Source: Octopus sinensis (taxonomy: Eukaryota). From it: a stretch of DNA of 64,000 nucleotides. The position numbers and the translations under genes are program-made. The notes beneath the pieces were generated by a model that saw only the letters and a program-made list of their open reading frames with translations, was not told where the DNA came from and searched no databases. This document shows, one piece after another, positions 25,707 through 37,028 of this stretch (positions are counted from its first letter, which is position 1; each line of letters opens with the position of its first letter). The stretch covers positions 58,714,001 through 58,778,000 of the forward strand of contig NC_043002.1 of assembly GCF_006345805.1 (NCBI RefSeq), written 5' to 3'.

Positions 25707-27352
25707 GTCTTCATGCCCAAAACATCTGAAAGTTATAAAACTTTCTCATTTTCGTATTGTAAGTTCTCCATCTTCATTATTATTATTATCGTTATTTCAT
25801 TATTATTATTATTATTATTTTACTTCTTTATCACAATGCTTCAAGCAAAGCTACAACATTCTTCTTTAATGTTAAAAATATTAAGTTGGTTTGCTCCTCT
25901 ACATTATAGGCAAAAAAAAAAAAGATTTAGAAGAACAATATGATGATTTGAATAATTATTTAGGGGAAAAAATGCAATAATTAAACTATAGATGCAGTCA
26001 TTCATAAAATGTTTACGTTTCTTGTAATTATTTATGTGTACATGTATGTGTTTATAAATGCATAAACGTGTGTGTGTTCATAAATGGATGTTTTTATATA
26101 TGGAGACATGTCTATTGATGTAATTTCTCTCAGCTGAACATCACCATCATTTAATATCCATATTCCTATGCTTGCATGACTCAGAGGAAATTTGTTGGGG
26201 TAAATTTTTTTATGGCTGGATGCTCTTCCTGTTACCAACACTCGTCTGTTTCCCTGCAGGCGATGTTTCCCCTAGGTCAGACATGTTTGCCATGGAAGAC
26301 TGGATGTGAACAACATCCCTTGTCTGATGATCATAATGCTTGTTTACAGTCATGTGATGTCAAGACAAAAGTTCACATACACACACACACACACACAAGA
26401 CAGGCATCTTTCAGCTTGTCAACCAAATCCACTCACAAGGTTTTGGTCGACACTTGCCCATGGTGCCACACAGTGGGACTGAACCTGAAACCATGTAGTA
26501 GGGAAGTAAACCTGCAGCTATCATATATAAAACAGATAATAGAGAATAAAATGTTTAAAGCTGAAAAGTTTTCCAACCCAATTCTCTTCTCTCTCTCTCT
26601 CTCTCTTTCTGTATTTACAGTGTGGGGTCCCACCTCACACTCACTCAAAAAAATATCAATAAACATAATAAAGACACCTTTTGTTATTCCTTTTTACAAT
26701 CCCTAAATATTAGAGTCAAGTATAGACTTTCTTGCACAGATGGCAGGGAAGATAGTCTTGTCTTTCAATTGACATGAGCTTATCTATTCTTCTGGTGTGT
26801 ATACAGGAATATATACAAACTGCAAGCAAACATGCTTATCAGCATCTATCATTCCCTCTCATTCTCTCACTCCATACTTCATTATAGAAAAGTCTTTCAC
26901 ACACACAGAATTTCAAGACAATCATAACTAAAGAGCAAAAAGCATGCTTCTGAGTTTCATGCAAAGGAAAACCTTACACTCTTCAGACAAACATGTTGTA
27001 GACTTAAGTCAATATGTCCATCTAAAAGTGCAAGGCTCTGCATGGCAGGGAACTTGGAGCCATGATTGTTGTTTGTTAGTAGGATCATCATTGAAATATA
27101 TTATACACCCTCACTATTTTCATATTGTGGAGTATTTTGTGTGTTGTAACTGAAAATCACTGCCAATCACACTCATGCAATTAGACTTAATAAATGAAGA
27201 AATATAAATTTTCCTTGTTTTTTTTTCTCATTTGTTTTAGTCATAGGACTGCAGCTATGCTGGGGCACCAACATAAAGGGTTTAGTCAAACCAATCAAAT
27301 TCAGTACTTATTTTTTTTTAAGCCTGGCATTTATTCCATCGGTCTCTTGTTG

Positions 27353-28156
27353 CCAAACCACTAAGTTATGGGGGCCATAAACAAACCAACATTTACTCTT
27401 TTACTTGTTTCAGTCATTTGACTGTGACCCTGCTGGAGCACTGCCTTTAGTCGAACAAATCGACTCCAGGACTTATTCTTTGTAAGCCTAGTACTTATTT
27501 TATTGGTCTCTTCTGACAAGCCACTAAGTTACAGGGGACGCAAACACACCAATATCAGTTGTCAAGCAATGGAAGGGGGACAAACACAGACACACAAACA
27601 TTTGAAAACATTTTTAAAAAATTTGTTTTAAGACCATCCTACTTACATTTTGTGCAAAACAACAAACCTTGGAATGAGCTTACAACACACACACATACAC
27701 ACAATATATGTGTATGTATGTCTGTATGTATATCTTACACATGTACACTGTATGCATATTCCTAATTATTTATTTTTAATGGTTGCCATCAAGAATTACA
27801 CATTAATATATTAAAAAAAAATTTTTGTAGTAAAAATAATATTTAAAAGTTTTGCACTGCTTAGAATTTGTGTTTCAGGAAAGGAAAATAGATAAGATGA
27901 TAAGATTGTGTAAACAGAATCCTGCGAAAATTTTGAAACTTCAATGGTTAGAAAAATAAAATGAAATTTGTACCATTTATGCATTTAATAATTTTGGCAT
28001 TCACACACACACACAATCATACGGAATTTTGTCAGTGAACAGGTCATGGTCTCAAAGCGATGAAAATATTTTGGCAAATTAAAATTTAAACGTTGAAGTG
28101 AATCTAATGGTTTTTGTGTGTTTCTTAAATGGCTTATAAACACCTTCCACGCTGCA

Positions 28157-28202
<46 letters not shown>

Positions 28203-29285
28203 AAATAAGAAGACAAAGAAAGACTTTTATACATCCTTAGCGACCAGTTAGAATTGTTTCTGTACCAACTCTGCTTTCAACACCAGTTCATGCAAAAGTC
28301 CCAGGTAATAATTTACATAATATTTGCAATTTTAAACATTATCTTTTTACCCACCTGGGACCTTGTGCATATATATATATATTGCATGGTGTGAGTGTGA
28401 AAAAGCAAGTAACAAATGGGGTACATATCAAAGTGTGTATTCAGTAGTTTGAGGAGATACCAGTTAATAAACACACACACATTTTAAACAATTTTATTAT
28501 GTCTACTTCACATTCAGATGAATTTTATTGAGATAAGAGTTCCAGGTTGTCACTGAAAGACAGTACTTTTGATAAGGGTTCTGGCTATTCCCTTTCAAAC
28601 TAGCTTCTTTCCTGCTAGCAACCAGCTCTCTTTCCTGTGGTGACTTGAACTCTCTGAACATATGTTACTGCTAGTCAACAATATTGGAAAGCTAGTAAAC
28701 CTGGTTTGGAAGTAGTTGACAAGTTTTAAACCTTCATTAAAAGGACTTGTCCTGTCTATGAACATGAAGACTATTTTGTATGGTGGACTGCATAGAACAA
28801 ACCCATTGATTAGTAGTTAGGGTTTAACAAGCAGAAAGACAATAGCTAGCAATATCACTGCAGCACTCACACCTCAGGGCTTAATTCAATATATTCATAG
28901 CTCTGGTCATCTCAGTACATCCTTGCTATATGTCCAGTCATTTTACCAAACCACTAGGTTATGGGGGACATAAACAAACCAACATTTACTCTTTTACTTG
29001 TTTCAGTCATTTGACTGTGGCCATACTGGAGCACCACCTTTAGTTGAACAAATCAACCCCAGGACTTATTCTTTGTAAGCCTAGTACTTATTTCATTGGT
29101 CTCTTCTGCCAAGCCACTAAGTTACAGGGGACGCAAACATACCAACATCAGTTGTCAAGCGATGGATGGGTGACAAACATTTCAAAAACATTTTTTAAAA
29201 AATTTGTTTTACGAACATCCTACTTACATTTTGGTGCAAAACAATAAACCTTGGAATGAGCTTACAAAACACACACACACACACA
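27353..29285. repeat. Local direct duplication of about 350 bp (27353-27700 and 28946-29285)
   Basis: Both copies share the same SINE-in-SINE junction and the same non-SINE flank 'aaaatttgtttta..catcctacttacatttt..gtgcaaaacaa..aaaccttggaatgagcttac'. Confidence 0.75.
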
Positions 29286-31266
29286 CAATGCATGTATGCC
29301 ACTGGTTCAGAAAGTCCAGGAAAAGAGACTTGAAAGTCATGATCTGGTGCAACTCACCCTCACAAACAATAATTGCAGTCTAGCACAACTGAAGACTAAA
29401 ACTTCTTGACACTGAAAACAAATGGTTAAACTTTTGTTGTGCAATCGGAATATCCGAGATGTCTGCATCAATAATATATTGTTGCTTCTTTACATGTGGT
29501 TTAAATGGGAGCAGTACAATTACAATGGGCCCCCACATGGATCTTGCCTTCTCCATTGTTGATGCTGTTATCTATGAGGTGGAATCTGACCAAAGTTCAG
29601 CCATAGGGGGATATATTTGTCTGCAACTTCCTCATACAAGGAAAACAGAAGAACATGGTTTTTGTTTTGTATGAGAGGAAGGCATTCCAACAGGTTCCCA
29701 TAGTTTGTGGTTCTGGGTCACACAATCACGCTTGGTGTTTGGAAGAACATATTTCTAATTCATTGAGTGCCACCTTTGCTCCGTCAACTTCAATTCTCAT
29801 CTCATTCAACCTAATATTTGTATTACTTTGTCAAATGCAATGCTTATTTATTCGCATTATTTGTAATTAATCATGCATTATCTTGTAGCATTCAGATATC
29901 GATGATGTGACTGTTTACTTTTAGAATGACATTATATGGTTGGTGTGAGGGGCCGGATATGGCCAGTTTAAAGAATAAAGGGCAAGTCACTGCAGTTTTC
30001 ATCCAAAATAAGCTAATCTCTTATGGACATATGGACATGTAGTGTTTCAAAACAAAACATATACCAAAGAAAATATACTGCCTGTCGATGGTGTATATAC
30101 ATTAAGTATGATATATAGATGGCTATTTTAATTTAATACTGCTTCAATTACATACACCGGATTATTTATATATATTTGATTCTTTTGCACTGGCACAAGA
30201 AATTGAAGTTTGCAGAGGACGGATACTATCAAAGAAAATGATACCCGGTAATTATTCTACCAATTCTGGTAGAGTTTTAAATCAGAGGAAAACAAAAATA
30301 ATAATTACTGCTTGGCATGAGTTAACTCAACTCCACCATCCTTGGAAAATAACATATATTTTACATATATTAAAGTGCCCTGGGCTAATTCACAATGTGC
30401 AGTAATAAGAAAATTTCATCTGAACAGAATCGACCAGGCAAGGTGACAAAAATGAAAAGATTGACAATTTAAATAAACAAAAGAGGAAGATTGAAATTTA
30501 TCCAACTAAATTTAGTCAAAAAATTTATCTCTGCTCATAACCATGCCTGAGACCCTGGTTCTTCAATATAAATTTTCTGTTTTAAAGGGATTTAAATTTA
30601 AAACCGTCCATCAAAATCTCATGTTGATTTATGACAATGTTATTTAACTGAATTTTTCAATTTAAAAAAAAAATAAATCGAAACAAAGGCAGTGTATATA
30701 ATTCAACACAAATGTGGTAAAAAAACAGTTAAAAATCTAAAAGCAAGGGGGGATAACTCCTAGCAATTTGGGTGAAAAATCTAGAAAATAATGGAGAAAT
30801 TTGATCTGGTCTTTAAGGCAAATGGTGAAAGTGGGATTGAGGAAGTCCAAAACATGTCTATTGCATTAACCAGTTGGCTTAAAGTCCAGATCCACTGTTA
30901 TACTTGTCAGAAATTTCGGTCAAGAATTATGAGCCTGGCTGGTTTTCTTGAGTAGGAGGGATTGTTTTGATGTTAAAATATATTCCTTTGGTTTGGGATT
31001 CCAATAAACTATATGTATGTATGTATGCAAGCCTGCATGTGAGTTATATAAAATCAGGACTATGTGGAAGCATGTGTTTGTATAGGCTTTTGCATTTATT
31101 GCAGTGAGAGAGTGTTAGATTTAAAATGAAAAATATGCATGTGACACAAGTTTGATGGACGTGTATGTGCGTGTAAATATATTATTTTCATGTACATCTC
31201 AAAAGTAAATAGACACCCCTCATTTTATATATATATATATATGACGTGTGTGTGTGTGTGTGAATG

Positions 31267-31544
31267 AAGGGCTGTGGAGTAAAAAAAAAAACTTTGACTC
31301 TGATTCTGACTCCTGTACAATTGGTACCTCCGACTCTGACTCCTCTTTATGTAATTAAGTGATTGTGGTTTACATATCTCATAAAGCATAAGCATACACT
31401 CTTTACTTTGAGTAGGCCTATATCTTATAACTGGTTTTATTAAAGAATAAAGATTTTGTGAGTCAGAGTCGGTATACTTTAACTGACTCCAACTCCAGCT
31501 ACCCCTTAATTGTTTTCAACTCTGACTCCGACTCCACAGCCCTG
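31267..31544. mobile_element. hAT-like MITE
   Basis: Terminal inverted repeats AGGGCTGTGGAGT / ACTCCACAGCCCT and internal GACTCC/GACTCT subrepeats. No clear TSD. Confidence 0.65.
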
Positions 31545-31552
31545 TGTGCGCA

Positions 31553-31590
<38 letters not shown>

Positions 31591-32218
31591 TGAAATACTT
31601 TTGAAAAACAAAATAATGCAAGCTCTAAATAAAAGTTTGATGGAACCCTCTATAAATGTAAATCAAAATGGAACCTAATTTTACAAATTAAAACAAAACA
31701 ATCCATGCCACTAATGCATTATCCTCATCAATACACAGATTATAGATGGTGGCAGAGTCCTTTGGATATGAAAGATGGCTCAACACTACCCTTAGATATG
31801 AATCTTAGTCATATACAACATGCATATATCAGATTAATTCTACACTCTTCTATCACAAACATAATGAGAGTTCATGGTTTTGTACAAAATAAATGTAAAC
31901 TCATACACACACACTCTCTCTCTCTCTACACACACAGACTGACTTTTACTCTTCATACATGCATATTAATTTTCAAATTTAGAATTTTTATATTTAAAAC
32001 ATAAAATTTGCTCCATTTTTTTTTCAGTCGCAAAAAAATAAACACAATATAAATGTCCTGACAGCTCACATCATTTTCCTTCCTTCACATGTAACTGCAG
32101 TCAAAATATGGTAACAATTCTTTTCATCGATTCCCATTTCAGACCAGGCGACTAGTTTGATGCATGCCAAAATATGCCAGTATGTTTATATTCTCTCTCT
32201 CTCTCTCTCTCTCTCTAT

Positions 32219-32252
<34 letters not shown>

Positions 32253-32308
32253 GCTAATATTGAACAGTGAGAATGAGTGCTCAACACCACACTGGTGGAT
32301 AAATATTG

Positions 32309-32519
32309 TTTATGTGTGGATTAACAAGGTTGCCAATGGTTTCATGCAGACAGAAATCGTTTAACAATTATCAAGCTTGCCACATGGAAACGCTTGTACT
32401 CATCTCGATCTTGGATGAGAATCACAGACAAGTACCAATGTTTCAATGTGGTAGGCTTGATAATTGTTAAGAGAATTCTCTACATGAAACCATTGGTAGC
32501 TTTGTTAACCACAAATAAA
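32309..32519. repeat. Fold-back element, about 90-bp arms, 30-nt loop
   Basis: 32309-32400 is the reverse complement of 32431-32519 at roughly 80% by eye. Confidence 0.8.
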
Positions 32520-32529
32520 ATATGTATGT

Positions 32530-32569
<40 letters not shown>

Positions 32570-33170
32570 GCATGCACACACACAAACACACACACATACA
32601 CATATATATATATATACATTTATGCAAACATACATACATATTTCATATTACTCAGAAAGTCATGTATGCGTTTTTGCAGAGATATCACACACATCTCCAT
32701 CCATTTTGCCGAACGCACATACATACTTATGTCTGCCTGCAGCACATGCATGCAACGACTGCTACAGCATGAATGTTTATTTGCACTGTTTTGCACAGAA
32801 TTTTGCATTGAGTTGTTCAAAAACCAAACACTTGGGATAAAACAAAAAAACATTTTGGCAGTGTAGAATGTTATTCACAGTCAAGAAGGGAATAACCCTC
32901 ATCTTTTTTTCTTTGGTTCATTTGGTTTGTTTGGTTGTTGTTTTTTCCCTCTTTTAATCTTGACTGTTCTGATTAAAGCTGCCTTATGTTTTTAGCGACA
33001 TAGTATCAACTGTGTCTCATCTATATCTATATTCCTCTTCAGTGGTTTTTTACATATGGACAAATTAATCTTGCCTCATACAATGACATGGCATCAATGT
33101 CACGTTCTTGTAACTTTACAGGGAAATCTGAGATAAGTTCTAGATGCATCCATATGTTTTTCTCTGTCTG

Positions 33171-33614
33171 TTATGAATCACTTTCACTCACCTCCTCCTG
33201 ACTGTGGCTACTTCGGCTGTCACTGTCTTCATAACAAATTGTCGGTAGACTGGACGGTGATAATAATAGGGGCACCTTAGAACAATCCTTCATCATGCTA
33301 CTGCTACAACTAGTACTACAACTACTACTGCTAATAGGAGCAATACTGCTTCTTGTTGTTGTTGTGGTGGTTGTGGTGTTGTTAGTGGTTGTGCTGCGGT
33401 TGGTGTTGGTATTATTATTAACCTGGAAGCTCAAGTTGTTGTTGTTATTGTGGTTTTTGTTTTTGTGAGGAATCTGATCTTTCTTGCTTGATTCCTCTTT
33501 ATTTTGTCCTTTCACAGCCATAACACGCTCCAGCCGGTTTGCTTGGTTTGCCCACTTGGCACTTTCTCGGATTTGGGCAATCAGAAGGTCTTTCTTAATG
33601 TCAACGCTTAATAT
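33171..33614 (-). CDS. CLTC-like: Clathrin heavy chain terminal-domain-like gene, last coding exon (linker helix + low-complexity tail + stop)
   Basis: Acceptor 'ttcttctttatctttcaaacag'. Phase 0, 'ILSVDIKKDLLIAQIRESAKWANQANRLERVMAVKG' (compare clathrin [28 protein letters not shown]), in frame with ORF 33171-33521, TAA at 33173-33171. Confidence 0.8.
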   Translation of the reverse strand: MLSVDIKKDLLIAQIRESAKWANQANRLERVMAVKGQNKEESSKKDQIPHKNKNHNNNNNLSFQVNNNTNTNRSTTTNNTTTTTTTTRSSIAPISSSSCSTSCSSSMMKDCSKVPLLLSPSSLPTICYEDSDSRSSHSQEEVSESDS

Positions 33615-34319
33615 CTGTTTGAAAGATAAAGAAGAAAATTAGTCAAGTGAAATGATACTGCACACACATGAGCACACACACACACACAGACTAGAACTCT
33701 GTCGGTTATGATAGTTGATCCAATAAATGCAACTGCCAGCTTGTGAAATTAAAGTGTAAGTGGCTGAGCGCTCCACAGACACACATACCCATAATGCTGT
33801 TCTCAGGGAAATTCAGCACGATATAGAATATGATAAGGCTAGCCCCTTTGTAATTGCTGGTACAAAACATTTTTGCCAGCTGACTGGACTGAAGCAATGT
33901 GAAATAAAATGTCTTGCTCAAGGACAGAACATGTTTCCAGGAATTGAACTCATGACCCTGAGTCAATTACCCTAACCACTAAGCCACATATCTTCACCCA
34001 CTTACACACATGCACTCACACATATACACACACGTGTAAAAGGAAAACAACATTTGGTATCAATTTTTTTTTTTTATTTTATTTACATAAGCGTTTTCTG
34101 TTGAGCCCCAGGACACTAAGTTACCTAATTTCCAAGGTATATTATAACAAGAGCACTCAGAGAGCACAAACCTCTGCCAAGGCAACACCAACGTCCTCTC
34201 AACAATTAGCCACAAATGATTTTTAAAATGAGAATATCTGAAATAAACTTGACTGCTCTCACAAATAAGAATACTAAAAGTGAACCCAACCGCTCTCAAA
34301 AATTAAGTAAATAAACTGG

Positions 34320-34508
34320 AGAAATAATCCAGAATCCTTGCATGGTACCTGATCGATACCAAAATCTAATCAGTTTGTGCCAGTTATGAGGCCAAACATC
34401 CCTGAAAGCTTCATCTGAATCCATCCAGCAGTTCTTGAGATATCTTGTCCATGGACAAACAAACACAACTGAAAACAATACCTCCGCCTTCGCTAAGGCA
34501 TAGGTACA
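34320..34508. mobile_element. Non-autonomous element with terminal stem-loop (Helentron/DINE-1-like)
   Basis: 'aaagcttcatctgaatccatccagcag..gagatatc..gacaaacaaac..actgaaaacaa' then hairpin 'TACCTCCGCC ttcgctaa GGCATAGGTA'. Confidence 0.4.
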
Positions 34509-34920
34509 AACAATATTATTATGCACAGTGCTCAGGTGCACTACAGCTCATCAAAGGTGCATGCACAGTACATAGAATTATGGTACAAAAGTCAGGAAAG
34601 TGATTGAGATCATAACATTCCCTTCAACAGGATTAAGGCTATGAATTTTTTGGTTTTTCCGAGGCAGGGTGGACAAGTCAATTACAATGACTCCCTCAGT
34701 ATTTGACTGGTATTATATTTTATCAACCCCACCTAAGGAGTGAAAGACAAAGTCAACCTCTGTGGGATTTGAACTCAGAATGGGAAAAGCTGGAAGGAAT
34801 GCTGTCAAGCATTTCGTTTGACATACTAACAATTCTTGCCTGCTTGCTGCCTTTTATTTGAGAATGACGAGGGAAAGTTTTGTCACTTAGATGCTATTAA
34901 CTAGGGTCTTTAAAAACAGA

Positions 34921-35175
34921 CCCATATGGTGTAGTGGTTAAGAGTGCAGGATACTAACCCCAAGATTCTGAGTTCAATACAAGGCAAAAACCTGAATAAT
35001 AATATTAATAACATTGAAAAATTCCTTAAGAATGAGAACCCAGGTTCAAAATTTCCTCAAGACACCTGATGAAGGCTGGAGGGTATACCAGCCGAAACGG
35101 CGTGTTAACAACAAACAAGATGAGGACAAATATCCGTCAAATGTAAATAATTCCTTGTCTGTTTAATATAGGACT
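34921..35175 (+). mobile_element. tRNA-head + (AAT)n + hammerhead repeat
   Basis: A box 'tggtgtagtggttaag', B-box-like 'gagttcaatac', short (AAT)n, hammerhead motif at 35061-35106. Confidence 0.75.
35061..35106 (+). ncRNA. Minimal hammerhead motif (copy 2, cleavage-site U lost)
   Basis: GACAC-CUGAUGA-A-GGCUG..CAGCC-GAAA-CG-GC-GUGUU. G replaces the U16.1 position. Confidence 0.55.
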
Positions 35176-35768
35176 GTAGAAAGGAAATTGGTTTCAAAAG
35201 GTGAATTAAAACTAGGTTGCAATTCCAGGTGTGGGCTTTTGTTCACTACCTTGGTGAACATGCATGTAAACATACTTGCATGTATGTGCATACATACACA
35301 CAGATAAACATACCAACGCACAAGAACTTATGAAAAACTGTAACATCCACTCAACACTTGTTCTTTATTAGTTATATTCACACATTCCTCACTTATTCTC
35401 CATCTCTCACTCTCTCGTACACTCTTCCAACCTCCACCCACATCCCCAGTTCTTTTGTGCCCTTTTACTTCTACTTACTCAAAACTTGAGGGCTCACACA
35501 AATGCCACCCCACTCTCTGTTATTTATATCCCTTCCTTGCCCCAGCCCAATCACTTCCACCCTCTCTTCTAAAATGTGAATAGCTATGTGGCCCTTCAAC
35601 AGCAAGTAATCTGTTTTGCTTTGACCCCTTTGTCTCTAAGCATAAAGCTACTTCACCCAGGGTTCATAGTCTTGTAAGCAGCATAGCAACCTCACCTGTA
35701 CAGGTGACAAGAAAATAGCCCAATATATGTTGTAAAAATTGTGTTGTTTAGAAAGGCATCATCTAAGG

Positions 35769-36039
35769 CAGTGGTTCCCAAACATTTTTGAACTGCCACC
35801 CGTTTGACACCCAAGCCAATTTCTTAGCGCCCCCACCCCAACTAACCATCACAAACACAGACCTCTTTCTGAAGCAAATTCAAAGCAACTGTACTTCACA
35901 AATAAAACTTAACCTAATGAACCCATTATTTTGTTTTACATGAATCACCACCCCATTATTGCCCCACTTTTCTTCAATGCCCCCTTGGAACTTTCCACCC
36001 CTCCCAAGGGGGCAATCCCACTCACTTTGGGAACCACTG
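35769..36039. mobile_element. hAT (Charlie-type) MITE
   Basis: TIRs CAGTGGTTCCCAAA / TTTGGGAACCACTG. 8-bp TSD atctaagg / ctctaagg (7 of 8 match). Confidence 0.85.
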
Positions 36040-36854
36040 CTCTAAGGGATAACACAGCCAATAGTCTTTTCTTATGTGAACATAGCATTCAGCCTGTTGC
36101 ATCCATGGAAGTGAGTCTCTCTTTCTTGCGTGCATTCTTGATCTGGTTTTTGCCAATCAGACAGTTTTGTTTTTCCCCGATTGTTATAATAAATCTCTTC
36201 TCCAAATAAAACAAGTTCTTTTCTTCTTCAATGGAATTCAGTGGGTTATATTTTATTAGTCTAGTGTTCAATTTAGAGCATTGGGCTCATAATGATGAGG
36301 TAATGATTTCAATTCCTAAATTGAGCTGTGTATTGTGTTCATGAGCAAGACACTTTATTTCACATTGCTCCAGTTCACTCAGTTATAGAAATGAGTTGCA
36401 ACATCACTGGTGCCAAGCTGTATCGGCCCTTTTGTCTTTCCTTTGGATAACAAGGTGCCATGGAGAGGGGAGGCTGGAATGCATGGGCAGTTGCTGGCCT
36501 TCCATAAACAACCTTGCCTGGGCTTGTGCCACAGAGGGGAACTTTCTAAGTGCAATCCCCTGGTCATTCACGACCTAAGGGGGTCCTTTCTTTCTACTCA
36601 AGGCCCAAGTAAGAATTACACTTTCAACACATCCAGCTACAGAAACTATGCCAAAGTAGACAGTGGAGCAACAAGGCAGTTCTTGGGCCGGTTGGATCCT
36701 GTCGAAGAATCCAACCCATGAAACAAAGACATTAAATGATGGTGTATGATATTGCTATTTTCTGTGTATAAAGTACATGAAGATCCCAACCAACCGACAA
36801 ATCAATGAACAAAAGCAAATGGAAAAAGAGGGAAGAAACAAATGTTAACTTTAC

Positions 36855-37028
36855 CCTTCCTGTCCGCGTGACCCCCAAAATTCCTTGAGAGATGCTGTTG
36901 AGCGTTGAAGTGAAGACGATGTCAATTGATACTCTGGTGACACAAAGACAAGCTGCAGTTTCCATGTCGCACAGGTAAAGGTAACCATATTTGGTCACCA
37001 TGTAGAGAAGGCCATATTCTTCACTGAC
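36855..37028 (-). CDS. CLTC-like: Clathrin terminal-domain-like exon (174 nt)
   Basis: cag|VSEEYGLLYMVTKYGYLYLCDMETAACLCVTRVSIDIVFTSTLNSISQGILGVTRTGR|gtaaag. Compare clathrin [25 protein letters not shown]...GIIGVNRKGQ. Phase 0-0. Confidence 0.93.

Noticed and set aside
26950-27095. 44-codon minus-strand ORF with a possible GTAAGG donor
   Set aside because: No recognisable homology and no partner exon.
29440-29760. Possible further clathrin exon or mariner relic
   Set aside because: No clathrin linker or leg motifs in any frame I read, and only faint mariner-like similarity.
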